IMG/VR virus record: IMGVR_UViG_3300030330_004117
Location: 1-32,743 of that record
DNA length: 32,743 nt
Source of the DNA: a virus
Lineage: Duplodnaviria > Caudoviricetes
Direction: 5' to 3' (one strand)
The notes under the pieces were generated by a model that did not search any database, had not been told where the DNA came from, and saw nothing but the letters and a program-made list of their open reading frames with translations. The position numbers and the translations under genes are program-made. Positions within the stretch are counted from its first letter, which is position 1. Every line of letters starts with the position of its first letter. Positions 16,403-25,896 of this stretch are shown piece after piece.

Positions 16403-17331
16403 TGGAACCTAGAGGCGCAACAGAATTACAACATGAGCTGCTAGAAAAATATGTATCAAAAGATCTATTAAGTAAATTTCAAATTTGTACATCCATACCT
16501 GGAAAAGTTCCCTTAGACCCAAAAAAAATAAATATACTTTGGCAAAAAAATTCATGGGATCAACCAAATCTGCAAAGTTTTTTTAGAGATAAGAGCAGAC
16601 ATCAAGAATATGATTGGTATGTTTTTAATTCACACTGGAACTTTGAAAAATTTAGATATTTTTTTCAGATACCTGAAGATAGATGCATGGTAATAAAAAA
16701 CGGAGCTAGTCACTTTCCTAAAAGAAAAATCTATAAACAAGGTGATCCAATAAAAATTATTCATCACTGCACACCATGGAGAGGTTTAAATGTTTTACTA
16801 TTGGCTATGCAACTTATAAAAAACCCTAACGTGACATTGGATGTCTATAGTTCTAATAAAGTTTATGGCAGTGAATTCGCTAGTAAAGCCGATCAAGATT
16901 TTAATGATTTATTTGAACAAGCAAAAAAGCTACCTAATGTAAATTATATTGGTTACAAACCAAATGAATACATACTAGAACATATGACAGATTATGATTT
17001 ATTTGTTTATCCGTCTATTTTTGAAGAAACATTTTGTGCTTCAGCATTAGAAGCATTGGCAGCAGGACTTCATGTGATAACAACTAATTTTGGTGCACTA
17101 CCGGAAACTTGTGCTGAATGGCCTGTGTATATAAACTACAGTAAAAATTATGAATTATTAGCAGGAAGTGTTGCGGGTGCTATTGATGTATGTGCAGAAT
17201 ATTTACACACAGATACAATTCAAAATCATTTAGATCAACAACAAATGTATTATAAAAAATTTTATAGCTGGGATAAAAAAGCTATAGAATGGGAAAACTT
17301 TTTGAAAGGAGCATTAAGTGTCAAACAATGA
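16402..17331 (+). CDS. Glycosyltransferase, GT-B fold (GT4 / Glycos_transf_1-like)
   Basis: VFNSHW, VIKNG, TPWRGLNVLL and FVYPSIFEETFCASALEALAAG (EX7E motif), TTNFGALPET. Confidence 0.88.
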   Translation: MEPRGATELQHELLEKYVSKDLLSKFQICTSIPGKVPLDPKKINILWQKNSWDQPNLQSFFRDKSRHQEYDWYVFNSHWNFEKFRYFFQIPEDRCMVIKNGASHFPKRKIYKQGDPIKIIHHCTPWRGLNVLLLAMQLIKNPNVTLDVYSSNKVYGSEFASKADQDFNDLFEQAKKLPNVNYIGYKPNEYILEHMTDYDLFVYPSIFEETFCASALEALAAGLHVITTNFGALPETCAEWPVYINYSKNYELLAGSVAGAIDVCAEYLHTDTIQNHLDQQQMYYKKFYSWDKKAIEWENFLKGALSVKQ

Positions 17332-18193
17332 ATATATAAATGAGGATACATACCAAACTCTACAAGAGGTAAGTATTGAAACACAATCAGACTATGAAAA
17401 AGCTAAAGAACCACTCTGGAAGGAAAACCCTGATCAATATAAAAATTTAGAAATATTTGTTGCAACACCTGTGCATAGTGAGGTTTCTATTCATTACACA
17501 CAAGCTTTAATAGAATTTCAAAAAGAATGTTTTAAAAAAAAATTAAAGGTTTCTTTTCATTTAATAAAGTCATCATTAGTCACACAGGGTCGTAATTTAT
17601 CTGTAGCTGGATTTTTAGAATCTAAAGCAACTCATTTATTATTTATTGACTCCGATATTTATTTTCAAGGTAAATCTATTTTTGCAATGCTTAAAACAGA
17701 TAAACCTATTATATCTGTTCCTTACCCTCTTAAAACTCTAATGTGGGATAAAGCATTTAAAAAAATGCAAAGTGGTCAAATTAAATCACCCGATGATATA
17801 AGAAGAGCTCTTCATACCTATCCTATGAAAGTTCCAAATCCTAATGACATAAAAGTAGATAAAGGTGTTATGGAAGTTACTGATTCTCCAACTGGATGCA
17901 TGTTAATTAAAAGAGAAGTTATTTTAAAAATGATTGAAAAATATCCTGATAAAGAGATAGTTCAAAAAACTGTTATTAATGGTGATTACGTGAACAAACC
18001 TAATATGTGGAATTTTTTTGATACATTACATGACCCAAAAGAAAAGACATATAATGGAGAGGATTTCGCATTCTGTAAACTTTGGAGAGATTTAGGTGGT
18101 AAGTGTTATGCCTATATAAATGATGCTATTGTCCATGTAGGAGAACATCAATATCAAGGTAAGTTTCACGATGAGTTGATATCAAAGACTTAA
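17318..18193 (+). CDS. Glycosyltransferase-like protein, GT-A fold
   Basis: GTG start after AAGGAG; IFVATP, SLVTQGRN, HLLFIDSDI (DxD), TGCMLIKR, GEDFAFC, HVG. Confidence 0.82.
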   Translation: MSNNEYINEDTYQTLQEVSIETQSDYEKAKEPLWKENPDQYKNLEIFVATPVHSEVSIHYTQALIEFQKECFKKKLKVSFHLIKSSLVTQGRNLSVAGFLESKATHLLFIDSDIYFQGKSIFAMLKTDKPIISVPYPLKTLMWDKAFKKMQSGQIKSPDDIRRALHTYPMKVPNPNDIKVDKGVMEVTDSPTGCMLIKREVILKMIEKYPDKEIVQKTVINGDYVNKPNMWNFFDTLHDPKEKTYNGEDFAFCKLWRDLGGKCYAYINDAIVHVGEHQYQGKFHDELISKT

Positions 18194-18204
18194 AATGGTA
18201 TTAT
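18176..18204 (+). promoter_or_regulatory. sigma70-type promoter for the internal-protein genes
   Basis: TTGATA (18176-18181), 17-nt spacer, TATTAT (18199-18204) with TGn extension; AAGGAG RBS downstream. Confidence 0.65.
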
Positions 18205-18240
18205 TAGATCTTTAGATCTAAAAAGGAGAATATTAAAAGT

Positions 18241-19221
18241 ATGCCAAACCCACTAGCATTATTACCTTACGCTTTAGCAGCATATGGTGGATATAGAGGA
18301 TACAGATCAGCAAAAGATTCAGGACAGTCAGGCATCGGAAGATTGCTTGGTACTGCTGCAGGTGCATATACTGGTTACCAGTTAGGTAGTATGGTGCCTG
18401 GAGTTCCTGCACCTGTAGTACAACCTTCGATATTTGCACAACCAAGAAATGCAGCTACTTTAGGAAATTTTGCATCTAGAGGTGGTGGAGCAGACATGGC
18501 TACTGCTACGATGAAACCTCAAAGTGATGGTGGTTTAGGAAGTTTAAGAAGTTTAACAAATATTTTAAGAAAAGGTGGAGATGCTGATGAAGGATTTTCT
18601 CCAGGAAGAGTTTCTGCAGCTATTGCTGCTGGATCATTTTTAAGTGGTGCTTTTGATCCTGCACCAGTTGATATTTATCAACCAACTTATAATTTAGCTT
18701 ACGCAGATTTTGCAGCGCAAAGACCAGGTTTTACTTATATTGATCCTGCAACAGGACAAGAAAAAGTTTATGAGAAAGTTTACATACCTGAAGCTGATCC
18801 AAAAAATCAAGGTGCATTAAGGGTAGGACCTTATGCAATGGAAAAAACAAGATTGAAAACTGGTGGCTTAGCTGAAATAAAAAAATTTAACGAGGGTGGT
18901 GTTAATTATCTACCTTCAAAAATGACCCACGATGAAAATGATGCTAACAATTATGTAAGAGCATCAGGATATGTAGAAGACGGAGCCGGAGTAGGTGATA
19001 AGGACGAGGATACTATGTTAGCTCAATTAGCAGACGGAGAGTTTGTAACAAGAGCAGATGGTGTATTAGGTGCTGGAATCATAGCTGGAGGAAATCCTAA
19101 CAGTATGAAAGATATGAGAGAAAAAGGTGCCAAATACTTTTATGAACAACAAGCAAGATACAAACGTGTCTTTGATTTATTAAAGGATAAAAATGGCAAC
19201 AGCTCACAAAAAACGAATTAA
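18241..19221 (+). CDS. Internal virion (ejection) protein
   Basis: Gly/Ala-rich hydrophobic N-terminus; C-terminal G.G..D....AQLADGEFVTRAD motif seen in phage internal and tape-measure proteins. Confidence 0.65.
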   Translation: MPNPLALLPYALAAYGGYRGYRSAKDSGQSGIGRLLGTAAGAYTGYQLGSMVPGVPAPVVQPSIFAQPRNAATLGNFASRGGGADMATATMKPQSDGGLGSLRSLTNILRKGGDADEGFSPGRVSAAIAAGSFLSGAFDPAPVDIYQPTYNLAYADFAAQRPGFTYIDPATGQEKVYEKVYIPEADPKNQGALRVGPYAMEKTRLKTGGLAEIKKFNEGGVNYLPSKMTHDENDANNYVRASGYVEDGAGVGDKDEDTMLAQLADGEFVTRADGVLGAGIIAGGNPNSMKDMREKGAKYFYEQQARYKRVFDLLKDKNGNSSQKTN

Positions 19222-19654
19222 ACCACTTGTAAGTGTCTTACCTATAGAACCAAAAGACGTAGATAGATTTTGGCCATTAATGGAATTTATGATAGCAGAG
19301 GCTTTAGTGTTTTCAGGAAAATATGCTGATGCTGAATGGGTTTTTAGAGAATTAAAAAAAGATGTTATGCAATGTTGGATTATGTTTGGTTCTGATGAAT
19401 CAGAAGAAAATAAAGTTTTTGGAGTTTGTATTGGTAGAATAGCATCTTTACCAAATTACTCTCAGTATGAAATAGTTATCTGCACAGGAAAAAGAAGAGA
19501 ACTTTGGGAAGATAATTTAGTAAAAGAAATTACTAACTTTGCAAAACATAATGATTGTAAAAGATTAAGTATAATGGCCCGACCTGGTTGGGAGAAAGTA
19601 TCAAAACAATGGGGTTGGAAAAAGAAACACGTGCAACTAGAGAAATGGATATAA
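19193..19654 (+). CDS. GNAT-like protein in the ejection gene cluster
   Basis: MQCWI..GVCIG..EIVICTG..W...ITNFAKHNDCKRLSIMARPGWEKV; position analogous to podoviral internal protein A. Confidence 0.6.
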   Translation: MATAHKKRIKPLVSVLPIEPKDVDRFWPLMEFMIAEALVFSGKYADAEWVFRELKKDVMQCWIMFGSDESEENKVFGVCIGRIASLPNYSQYEIVICTGKRRELWEDNLVKEITNFAKHNDCKRLSIMARPGWEKVSKQWGWKKKHVQLEKWI

Positions 19655-19655
19655 G

Positions 19656-20501
19656 ATGAGTTTTTTTGGAGGAAAATCTACACCACCTGCTACACCTGCT
19701 TCACAAACTTCGTTTGTAAGAGAAGCTCCAGGTATTGAAGAAAGAAAAATAGAATTAATGGACATAGCAAGACAGGTTGCTCAGCGACCTTTAGACTTGC
19801 CAGCAGTACAAGCAGCTCCAGCAGGTGCTTTAGAACAATTAGGTTTCACACAAGCTGGAACTACAGGTGTTGGTGCGCCAACAGTTGCTCAAGGAATTGC
19901 ACAAATACAAGGTGCTGCAGCTCCAGTAGGTGCATCACAGATAGCACAATTTTTAAATCCTTATCAATCATACGTAACTGATGAAATTGCTAGACAGGGT
20001 CAAATAATGCAAAATAGATTAGCTGCACAGGCAGTTGGTGCAGGTGCGTTTGGTGGTGAAAGAGAAGGAGTTCAACAAGCAGAGTTACAAGCAAGAACTT
20101 TAGAAGCTATGGGTAGGGCTCAAGCACAAGGTTTTGGTGGAGCATTAGGAGCAGCCCAAAGACAACAACAAATTGGATTAGCAGCCGGACAACAACTTGG
20201 TAATTTAGGAGCTGGTCAACAGCAAATGGCACAACGTGATATTGAAACTTTACTAGGAGCAGGTGGAGTACAAAGACAACTTGCACAACAAGCTTTAGAT
20301 GCACAAAGAGCTACAACATTACAACAACAAACTGAACCTTTCCAAAGAGCTGAATTTTTGGCTAACCTTTATGCAGCAGGTCCAAAGACACAATCAGGAA
20401 TTACGATGGGCACATCACCATCAACAAGTCCATTAGCTCAGTCAATAGGGACAGGTATAGGAGCTTTCGCAGCTTACACAGGCGCAAACCAAGATAGATA
20501 G
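19656..20501 (+). CDS. Internal virion / DNA ejection protein
   Basis: Gln/Ala/Gly-rich, FLNPYQ..V, GAGAFGGER and C-terminal hydrophobic GTGIGAFAAY. Confidence 0.7.
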   Translation: MSFFGGKSTPPATPASQTSFVREAPGIEERKIELMDIARQVAQRPLDLPAVQAAPAGALEQLGFTQAGTTGVGAPTVAQGIAQIQGAAAPVGASQIAQFLNPYQSYVTDEIARQGQIMQNRLAAQAVGAGAFGGEREGVQQAELQARTLEAMGRAQAQGFGGALGAAQRQQQIGLAAGQQLGNLGAGQQQMAQRDIETLLGAGGVQRQLAQQALDAQRATTLQQQTEPFQRAEFLANLYAAGPKTQSGITMGTSPSTSPLAQSIGTGIGAFAAYTGANQDR

Positions 20502-20508
20502 GAGAAAC

Positions 20509-22665
20509 ATGTCTATAAACAAAGTATTAAACAGACCAATGTTTCGTAACAAAGCATTAAAAAAAGGTCATTTAAAAACTATTAATGCACAATTTGGACA
20601 AATGGTTGGAGAAACACAGACTATTAGTCAGGCTACAAATCCAAGAAGACTTCCAATGGTTATTGATCAACCAAAACCACCTGGAATGATAGGAAGAGGA
20701 TTTAGAGCTATCGGACAACTTCCTTTTCTTATTGGTTCAGACTTAACGTATAATGCATTGGAAAGATCAGATCCTGAGGGAAGACTTTCAACTCCTGTTA
20801 AAATAGGAGCCTCTGGTCTTGCAGGATTGGCTGCAAACTATGGTGCAGCAAGAATAGCTCCTTCATTAATGGGTCTAAGTTTAGGACCAGCCTTAGTTGG
20901 TTATGGAATTTACGCAGGATTAGATAATAGAATTAGAGCAGGTATTGAAGAGAGAAAAAGAATCAATGCAATGTCACCTAAAGAGCGTGAAGAATTTTTT
21001 AGACAAAATAGATTAAAAGCAACTGATTACATGAGTGAGGGCGTTACTGATCAAGATTTATTTGGAAAATTTGTACCAAGACCACCAAAACCAAAAGAGC
21101 CAAAAGAAGAAATTAAATTAACAGGTAAGCCTGGATCAGGCAGACCTGGTATTCAAGATAGATTAACTGAAGCAGATAACGAATCTGAAGTTGTAAAAGG
21201 CACAGTAGATATTGATAAGGTTGTAAAAAACAATGATCCTAATCCTATAATTCCAAAAGTGATTGGAGCTGAGGATACAGTTGCTGAAAAACGAGGTCCT
21301 ACGGAAACAGTAACACCGGTCACCGCACCAATAGATGAAAATAAAAAAGCTAATCAAAAAGTTATTCAATCAGAAACAAATGATTTAGACAAACCAGGAA
21401 AAGTAAAAGCAGCTGATGGCACAGAGGTAAACAGTGAAGTCATTAGATTAGCTAGACAATATCGAAAAGAATTAATGGCAGGGCAAAAGTCACAAGCAAA
21501 ACTTGTATTTTTATCTAATCTAGCATCAGGCTTGATGTCAGGCACTACAACAAAAGGTGGTTTAGGAGGTGCTTTAGAAGTGTTTGGTAAGGCATTAGGT
21601 CCTGCAGTAAACAATTACGCAACTATAAAATTAAAAGAAAATGAAATGGAAAATGAGTTTATGTCTGATGCATTAGAATTAGCGCAAGACGAAATATCAG
21701 CAAGAAACGATTTATTAGAGGGTGGTTCAGGATTAGATTTTGAAAAGTATGGTGTTATACAATTTACTGATAGTCAAGGTAATTTAAGAAACATGACAGG
21801 TGGTATGTTAAAAGATGGAACTTACGTAATTGCAAGACCAGGAGAAATAGATGCAAATGGAAGACAGGTGTTCTCACCGGTTGCAGCAGGAACTTTTGAT
21901 AGATTCTTACCTGGTGATTATGCAACAACGGAACAAGGAGAAACTTTAAGAAATTTATCTGGTAAATATAAAGCCCTTAACCTTGGTCAATCTACAATAA
22001 AAATTCTTCAAGATGCTGAAACACAAGATAAAAAATTTGCTGGTCCAGTTGGTAGATTTAATTTAGTCACAACACGATTAGGTGATGCTTTGAATGATTT
22101 AGGTATTTCAATGTTTAGCACTAAAGAAGAGGGTGAAAGATATATTGAGAGTTTAAAAAAAGGTTTCAAAAGAGATTTAATTACTAATGGAATGACTGAG
22201 AAAGAAGCTGAAAAGTTTTTAGAACAAAACTTTGGTAGCACAGACTCAATATTCAAAAATACACTTAAACAGTTGGGTATATTTAAAGATCAAACTGATT
22301 CAGCTAACCTTGAGAGACTAGCTATTAATGAAACAGTATTAACATATGCGTTAGCTAACTCATTGAAAGATAAAGACAGGTTAACACAAAAAGATATTCA
22401 AATGGCTAAAGAACTTGTTAATGTATTCCCATTATTAAGAGGTCAAAAACAAGTTATTAAATCATTAGAAGCTGTTAACGAAACAATTCTTGCAGATATA
22501 AAACGTTTAGAAAATGATTATCAGTTTGCATTTGGTGGTGATTCATCAACAATTGATAAATACAGAATACAATATGGTGTAGCACAACCAGGCATGGCTC
22601 AAGATTTTCAATTACAAAATCCTTTTAGTGGTCAAAGCACACAAGAATTATTGGAGAACTTTTAA
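20509..22665 (+). CDS. Large internal virion protein
   Basis: 718 aa, AGGAG RBS, N-terminal VLNRPMFR, helical character; located within the ejection cluster. Confidence 0.65.
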   Translation: MSINKVLNRPMFRNKALKKGHLKTINAQFGQMVGETQTISQATNPRRLPMVIDQPKPPGMIGRGFRAIGQLPFLIGSDLTYNALERSDPEGRLSTPVKIGASGLAGLAANYGAARIAPSLMGLSLGPALVGYGIYAGLDNRIRAGIEERKRINAMSPKEREEFFRQNRLKATDYMSEGVTDQDLFGKFVPRPPKPKEPKEEIKLTGKPGSGRPGIQDRLTEADNESEVVKGTVDIDKVVKNNDPNPIIPKVIGAEDTVAEKRGPTETVTPVTAPIDENKKANQKVIQSETNDLDKPGKVKAADGTEVNSEVIRLARQYRKELMAGQKSQAKLVFLSNLASGLMSGTTTKGGLGGALEVFGKALGPAVNNYATIKLKENEMENEFMSDALELAQDEISARNDLLEGGSGLDFEKYGVIQFTDSQGNLRNMTGGMLKDGTYVIARPGEIDANGRQVFSPVAAGTFDRFLPGDYATTEQGETLRNLSGKYKALNLGQSTIKILQDAETQDKKFAGPVGRFNLVTTRLGDALNDLGISMFSTKEEGERYIESLKKGFKRDLITNGMTEKEAEKFLEQNFGSTDSIFKNTLKQLGIFKDQTDSANLERLAINETVLTYALANSLKDKDRLTQKDIQMAKELVNVFPLLRGQKQVIKSLEAVNETILADIKRLENDYQFAFGGDSSTIDKYRIQYGVAQPGMAQDFQLQNPFSGQSTQELLENF
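21310..21330 (+). repeat. Heptad triplet array 2
   Basis: GTAACAC CGGTCAC CGCACCA. Confidence 0.45.
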
Positions 22666-25600
22666 TGGCTACAACTTTAAAAGATTTGCAAAAACAATTA
22701 GATGATAGATCATTAAATCCTAATGAATTATCTCGTGATCAAAGAGCAATAATAGATGAATTAATAAGACGAGGAGAATTAAAAGGTCCCTCAACTTCAG
22801 AACTTACTCTTCAAAGAGATAAAGCTGCAAAAGATATAGCTAGAGCTGATGAATTTTATGCAGATCCAATAGGTCAAGCTTTAGAAGCAGAGGATAGTTT
22901 TTTTAAAGGTAGACCAACTGCAGAACTTGCAGGAGATTTTTCAGCATCTGTTGCACCTTATGCTGTAATGAGAAAAAAAATATTTGGTGCTGCCAAGAAT
23001 GGAACTCTTTGGCAAAAAGGACCAGGAAAGTTTATGCAATCTGCAATAAAAGTAGCAGATAAATTACCAGGTAGATTTAAATTGTTAGGGGGTGCCTTAA
23101 AATTAGTTGCAAGAACAGCAGATGTTCCAGCAAAAGTTATAGCTAGTCCTTTAGGTAGAGCAGAGATTTATTCTGTGTTGGGTGGATCTGCAGGTGCAGG
23201 CGCAGGTTCAATAAGTTATGACATGTTAAATGAACAAGCAGGTATTACAATTGCAAATGCGATCACAGATGCTTTTAGAGATCTTCCAGAAAAAGAAATT
23301 GATCAAGACATATTAGCAAATTCTTTTAGAGCAACTAAGAATGCAGCATATTGGAACGCGGGAGCTGCAGCTCTTACTCCATTTATTTTTGGACCATTAG
23401 GTAAACTTACAGGTAAATTGTTTGGTGCGAAGTCAGAAAAAGCTGTAAGACTTTCTGAATTTGCAAAAGAAAAAGGATTACCATTACCACTGATGACAGG
23501 TATTGAAGATGGTGTGTTATCTGATCTTGGTAAAAACTATTTTAAAACTGTTGGTGTTTTTCCATTTGTATCAGGTATTGGAAGAGAAGCTTTACAAGTT
23601 GCTGAACAAGAAGCTGGTAAACAATACTTGGATGGTCTTGTAAGATATGCACCTTTAATGAAAACATCAGCACTATCTTCATCAATATATAATCAAGCTG
23701 CAAAAACATTTTCGGATAATGCAGCAGTAATTGGTTCTAAATATAAGGCTTTCGAAACGTTTGCAGAGGCACTTGGTAACCCTAGAGTCATAAGTCTTGA
23801 TGCAACAACTAAATATGCAAGAGAAATGGTTGAATCAAATAGACAAATGTTTCCTGATATACCAAGTTATGCACCAGGCTTAGGTGATTTAGATATAAAA
23901 GCTATTGATAAATATCTCAAAGATGCAGGAGATCCATTAAATTTATTTATGAAAGCAACAGCTGCAATTGGTACAAATAAAATAACACCAAAAGAATATA
24001 GTGGTTTAATGAGGATGTTAAATAGAGCTATCGAAGGAACACAATATACATTACCTACTGGTAGTGTGTGGTCATTAAGAGAAGCTTTAGAAACAGATTT
24101 AAATGCTTTTGGTGGTAAACTTACAAAAGACAATCTTTTAAGTGATGCAACTTTAAAAGAGAGTTACGATGCAATGGTAGCTCAAAGTGGTAAAGCATTT
24201 GCTGATGCAGACATCGCTTTTAAAATATCTCAAGGTGAACAACTTTATAGTAAACTTTTAGATGCTAACGCTACATTTTCTTCATTAATGGGTTTCATAA
24301 AATCACCTTTAATAAAATCGTTTAGAAAATTCGATTCAAGTTTATTTACTCAAAGAGGTGTAAACGGAGTTAAAGGTATTGAATCAATGTCTAGAGATAA
24401 AATTTTTCAAACTATGGAAAGAGATGTTTTTGCATCTAATTCTCCTGAAGCAATAGAAGCTTTTAAAGTTATCATAGGAGCTACAGGTAAAAATGCTACA
24501 AAAAATGGAAAAGCTTTGTTTGAAGCTTCAAAAGCAAGATACATGTTTAATGCATTTTTAAAATCGTTTGACACAGCAGGAAGTCCACAAGCAAAATCAA
24601 TTTTTAACGATGTAGCTATGGAAGCAGGTGTTAAATCAGGTAACAAGTATATGTCTGATGCTATGGAAGAGTTAGGCACAGATGCTATAGCAAGATCAAG
24701 AGGGTTTAGTATTGATGATGTAAGATTAAATAATGGTATTTATGATGTTTCAAAAATAAGGTTTGGACCAAAAGATTTTGCAGAGTTTAACATTAATAAA
24801 TTTATGGACAATCTTGGTATTGGTAAGGCAACAGAGGATCTTGGTAGAGATAAAATGTTAAAATTATTAGGTAGTAAAGGATCTGAAGATTTTTATAAAT
24901 TTACTGATTACATGAAAGCAATATCAGATGTTGCAATATCAGACACATCTACCTTCCTACAAAGAAGATTTACATTATCTGGAGGAAGAGGTGTATTAAC
25001 TGGAGTTGTAGTAGGTGGTGGTATGGCTGCAGTAAATCCTTTAGCACCATTAGTATTTCTAGCACTTGCAAGAAAAGCAGGTTCAGTTTTATCTGACCCA
25101 GTTGCGTTAAGACTTATGAATGATGCACTCGGAGTTGATGATCAATTAAAAATTTTATCTGGTAAAAAAATAAGAGGCAAAAAATATGGAACAGGAGCTT
25201 ATAGACAAGTGACACCAAAATTAACAGCAGCAGGTTTAACACAAAAACGAGAAGCATTTGCAAGATTTATGAATTACATATTTGATGAGGATGAAGATAC
25301 TCCTAGAATAGATCCTAAAACAATTGATCCAATTAGAATACAAGAAATGTTACTAGGAATGCCTTTTGAAAATCCTAAACCAAGATATGATGAAAAGAAT
25401 TTACCTAAAGAAACTGTGGAATCTATGTTTGCACAAGACTTTACTCCAAGTTCAGGTAACGTAGAAACAGATAATCAATTAGTTGATTACATACAATCAA
25501 CTGTACGTGCTTCAGATGAAACTGATATTGACCAGGAGTCGAGAAATGTTGAAGCTGAAAGAGCTAGTGTCATGGGTGATGTACAATTGGAAAGCCCTGT

Positions 25601-25712
25601 TCAGGCGACACCGAACACCGGACAGCAAGTGAATCCACAACAATTTCAGGCTTTGTTTCCAAATGATCCTACAGGTGCAGCAATTGCAATGAGAGGTAGA
25701 AGAAATGTCTAA
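22665..25712 (+). CDS. Largest internal virion (ejection) protein
   Basis: 1015 aa, helical and Ala/Gly-rich with hydrophobic segments; ends FQALFPNDPTGAAI. Confidence 0.7.
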   Translation: MATTLKDLQKQLDDRSLNPNELSRDQRAIIDELIRRGELKGPSTSELTLQRDKAAKDIARADEFYADPIGQALEAEDSFFKGRPTAELAGDFSASVAPYAVMRKKIFGAAKNGTLWQKGPGKFMQSAIKVADKLPGRFKLLGGALKLVARTADVPAKVIASPLGRAEIYSVLGGSAGAGAGSISYDMLNEQAGITIANAITDAFRDLPEKEIDQDILANSFRATKNAAYWNAGAAALTPFIFGPLGKLTGKLFGAKSEKAVRLSEFAKEKGLPLPLMTGIEDGVLSDLGKNYFKTVGVFPFVSGIGREALQVAEQEAGKQYLDGLVRYAPLMKTSALSSSIYNQAAKTFSDNAAVIGSKYKAFETFAEALGNPRVISLDATTKYAREMVESNRQMFPDIPSYAPGLGDLDIKAIDKYLKDAGDPLNLFMKATAAIGTNKITPKEYSGLMRMLNRAIEGTQYTLPTGSVWSLREALETDLNAFGGKLTKDNLLSDATLKESYDAMVAQSGKAFADADIAFKISQGEQLYSKLLDANATFSSLMGFIKSPLIKSFRKFDSSLFTQRGVNGVKGIESMSRDKIFQTMERDVFASNSPEAIEAFKVIIGATGKNATKNGKALFEASKARYMFNAFLKSFDTAGSPQAKSIFNDVAMEAGVKSGNKYMSDAMEELGTDAIARSRGFSIDDVRLNNGIYDVSKIRFGPKDFAEFNINKFMDNLGIGKATEDLGRDKMLKLLGSKGSEDFYKFTDYMKAISDVAISDTSTFLQRRFTLSGGRGVLTGVVVGGGMAAVNPLAPLVFLALARKAGSVLSDPVALRLMNDALGVDDQLKILSGKKIRGKKYGTGAYRQVTPKLTAAGLTQKREAFARFMNYIFDEDEDTPRIDPKTIDPIRIQEMLLGMPFENPKPRYDEKNLPKETVESMFAQDFTPSSGNVETDNQLVDYIQSTVRASDETDIDQESRNVEAERASVMGDVQLESPVQATPNTGQQVNPQQFQALFPNDPTGAAIAMRGRRNV
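25605..25625 (+). repeat. Heptad triplet array 3
   Basis: GCGACAC CGAACAC CGGACAG. Confidence 0.6.
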
Positions 25713-25896
25713 GAAAAATGCATTACAATTAATTGAATCGCATGAAAAATTGTGTCGAATAATGCAAAAACAAATACATGATAAAATTCATAATTTAGAA
25801 AAGGCAGTCAGCAGAATAGAAAAAATAATGTTGACTTCAGCAGGTGTATTAATTACAGGTATGGCATCAGTCATAATTGTATTAATTACACGATGA
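25705..25896 (+). CDS. Small coiled-coil protein with C-terminal TM helix (holin-like?)
   Basis: IESHEKLC...LEKAVSRIE followed by MLTSAGVLITGMASVIIVLI. Confidence 0.6.
   Translation: MSKKNALQLIESHEKLCRIMQKQIHDKIHNLEKAVSRIEKIMLTSAGVLITGMASVIIVLITR

Noticed and set aside
10937-18193. TET/JBP plus glycosyltransferase DNA hypermodification pathway
   Set aside because: The oxygenases look like P4H and TIGR02466 types rather than TET/JBP. No methyltransferase is adjacent and the genes lie in the virion module. This is not fully excluded without nucleoside analysis.
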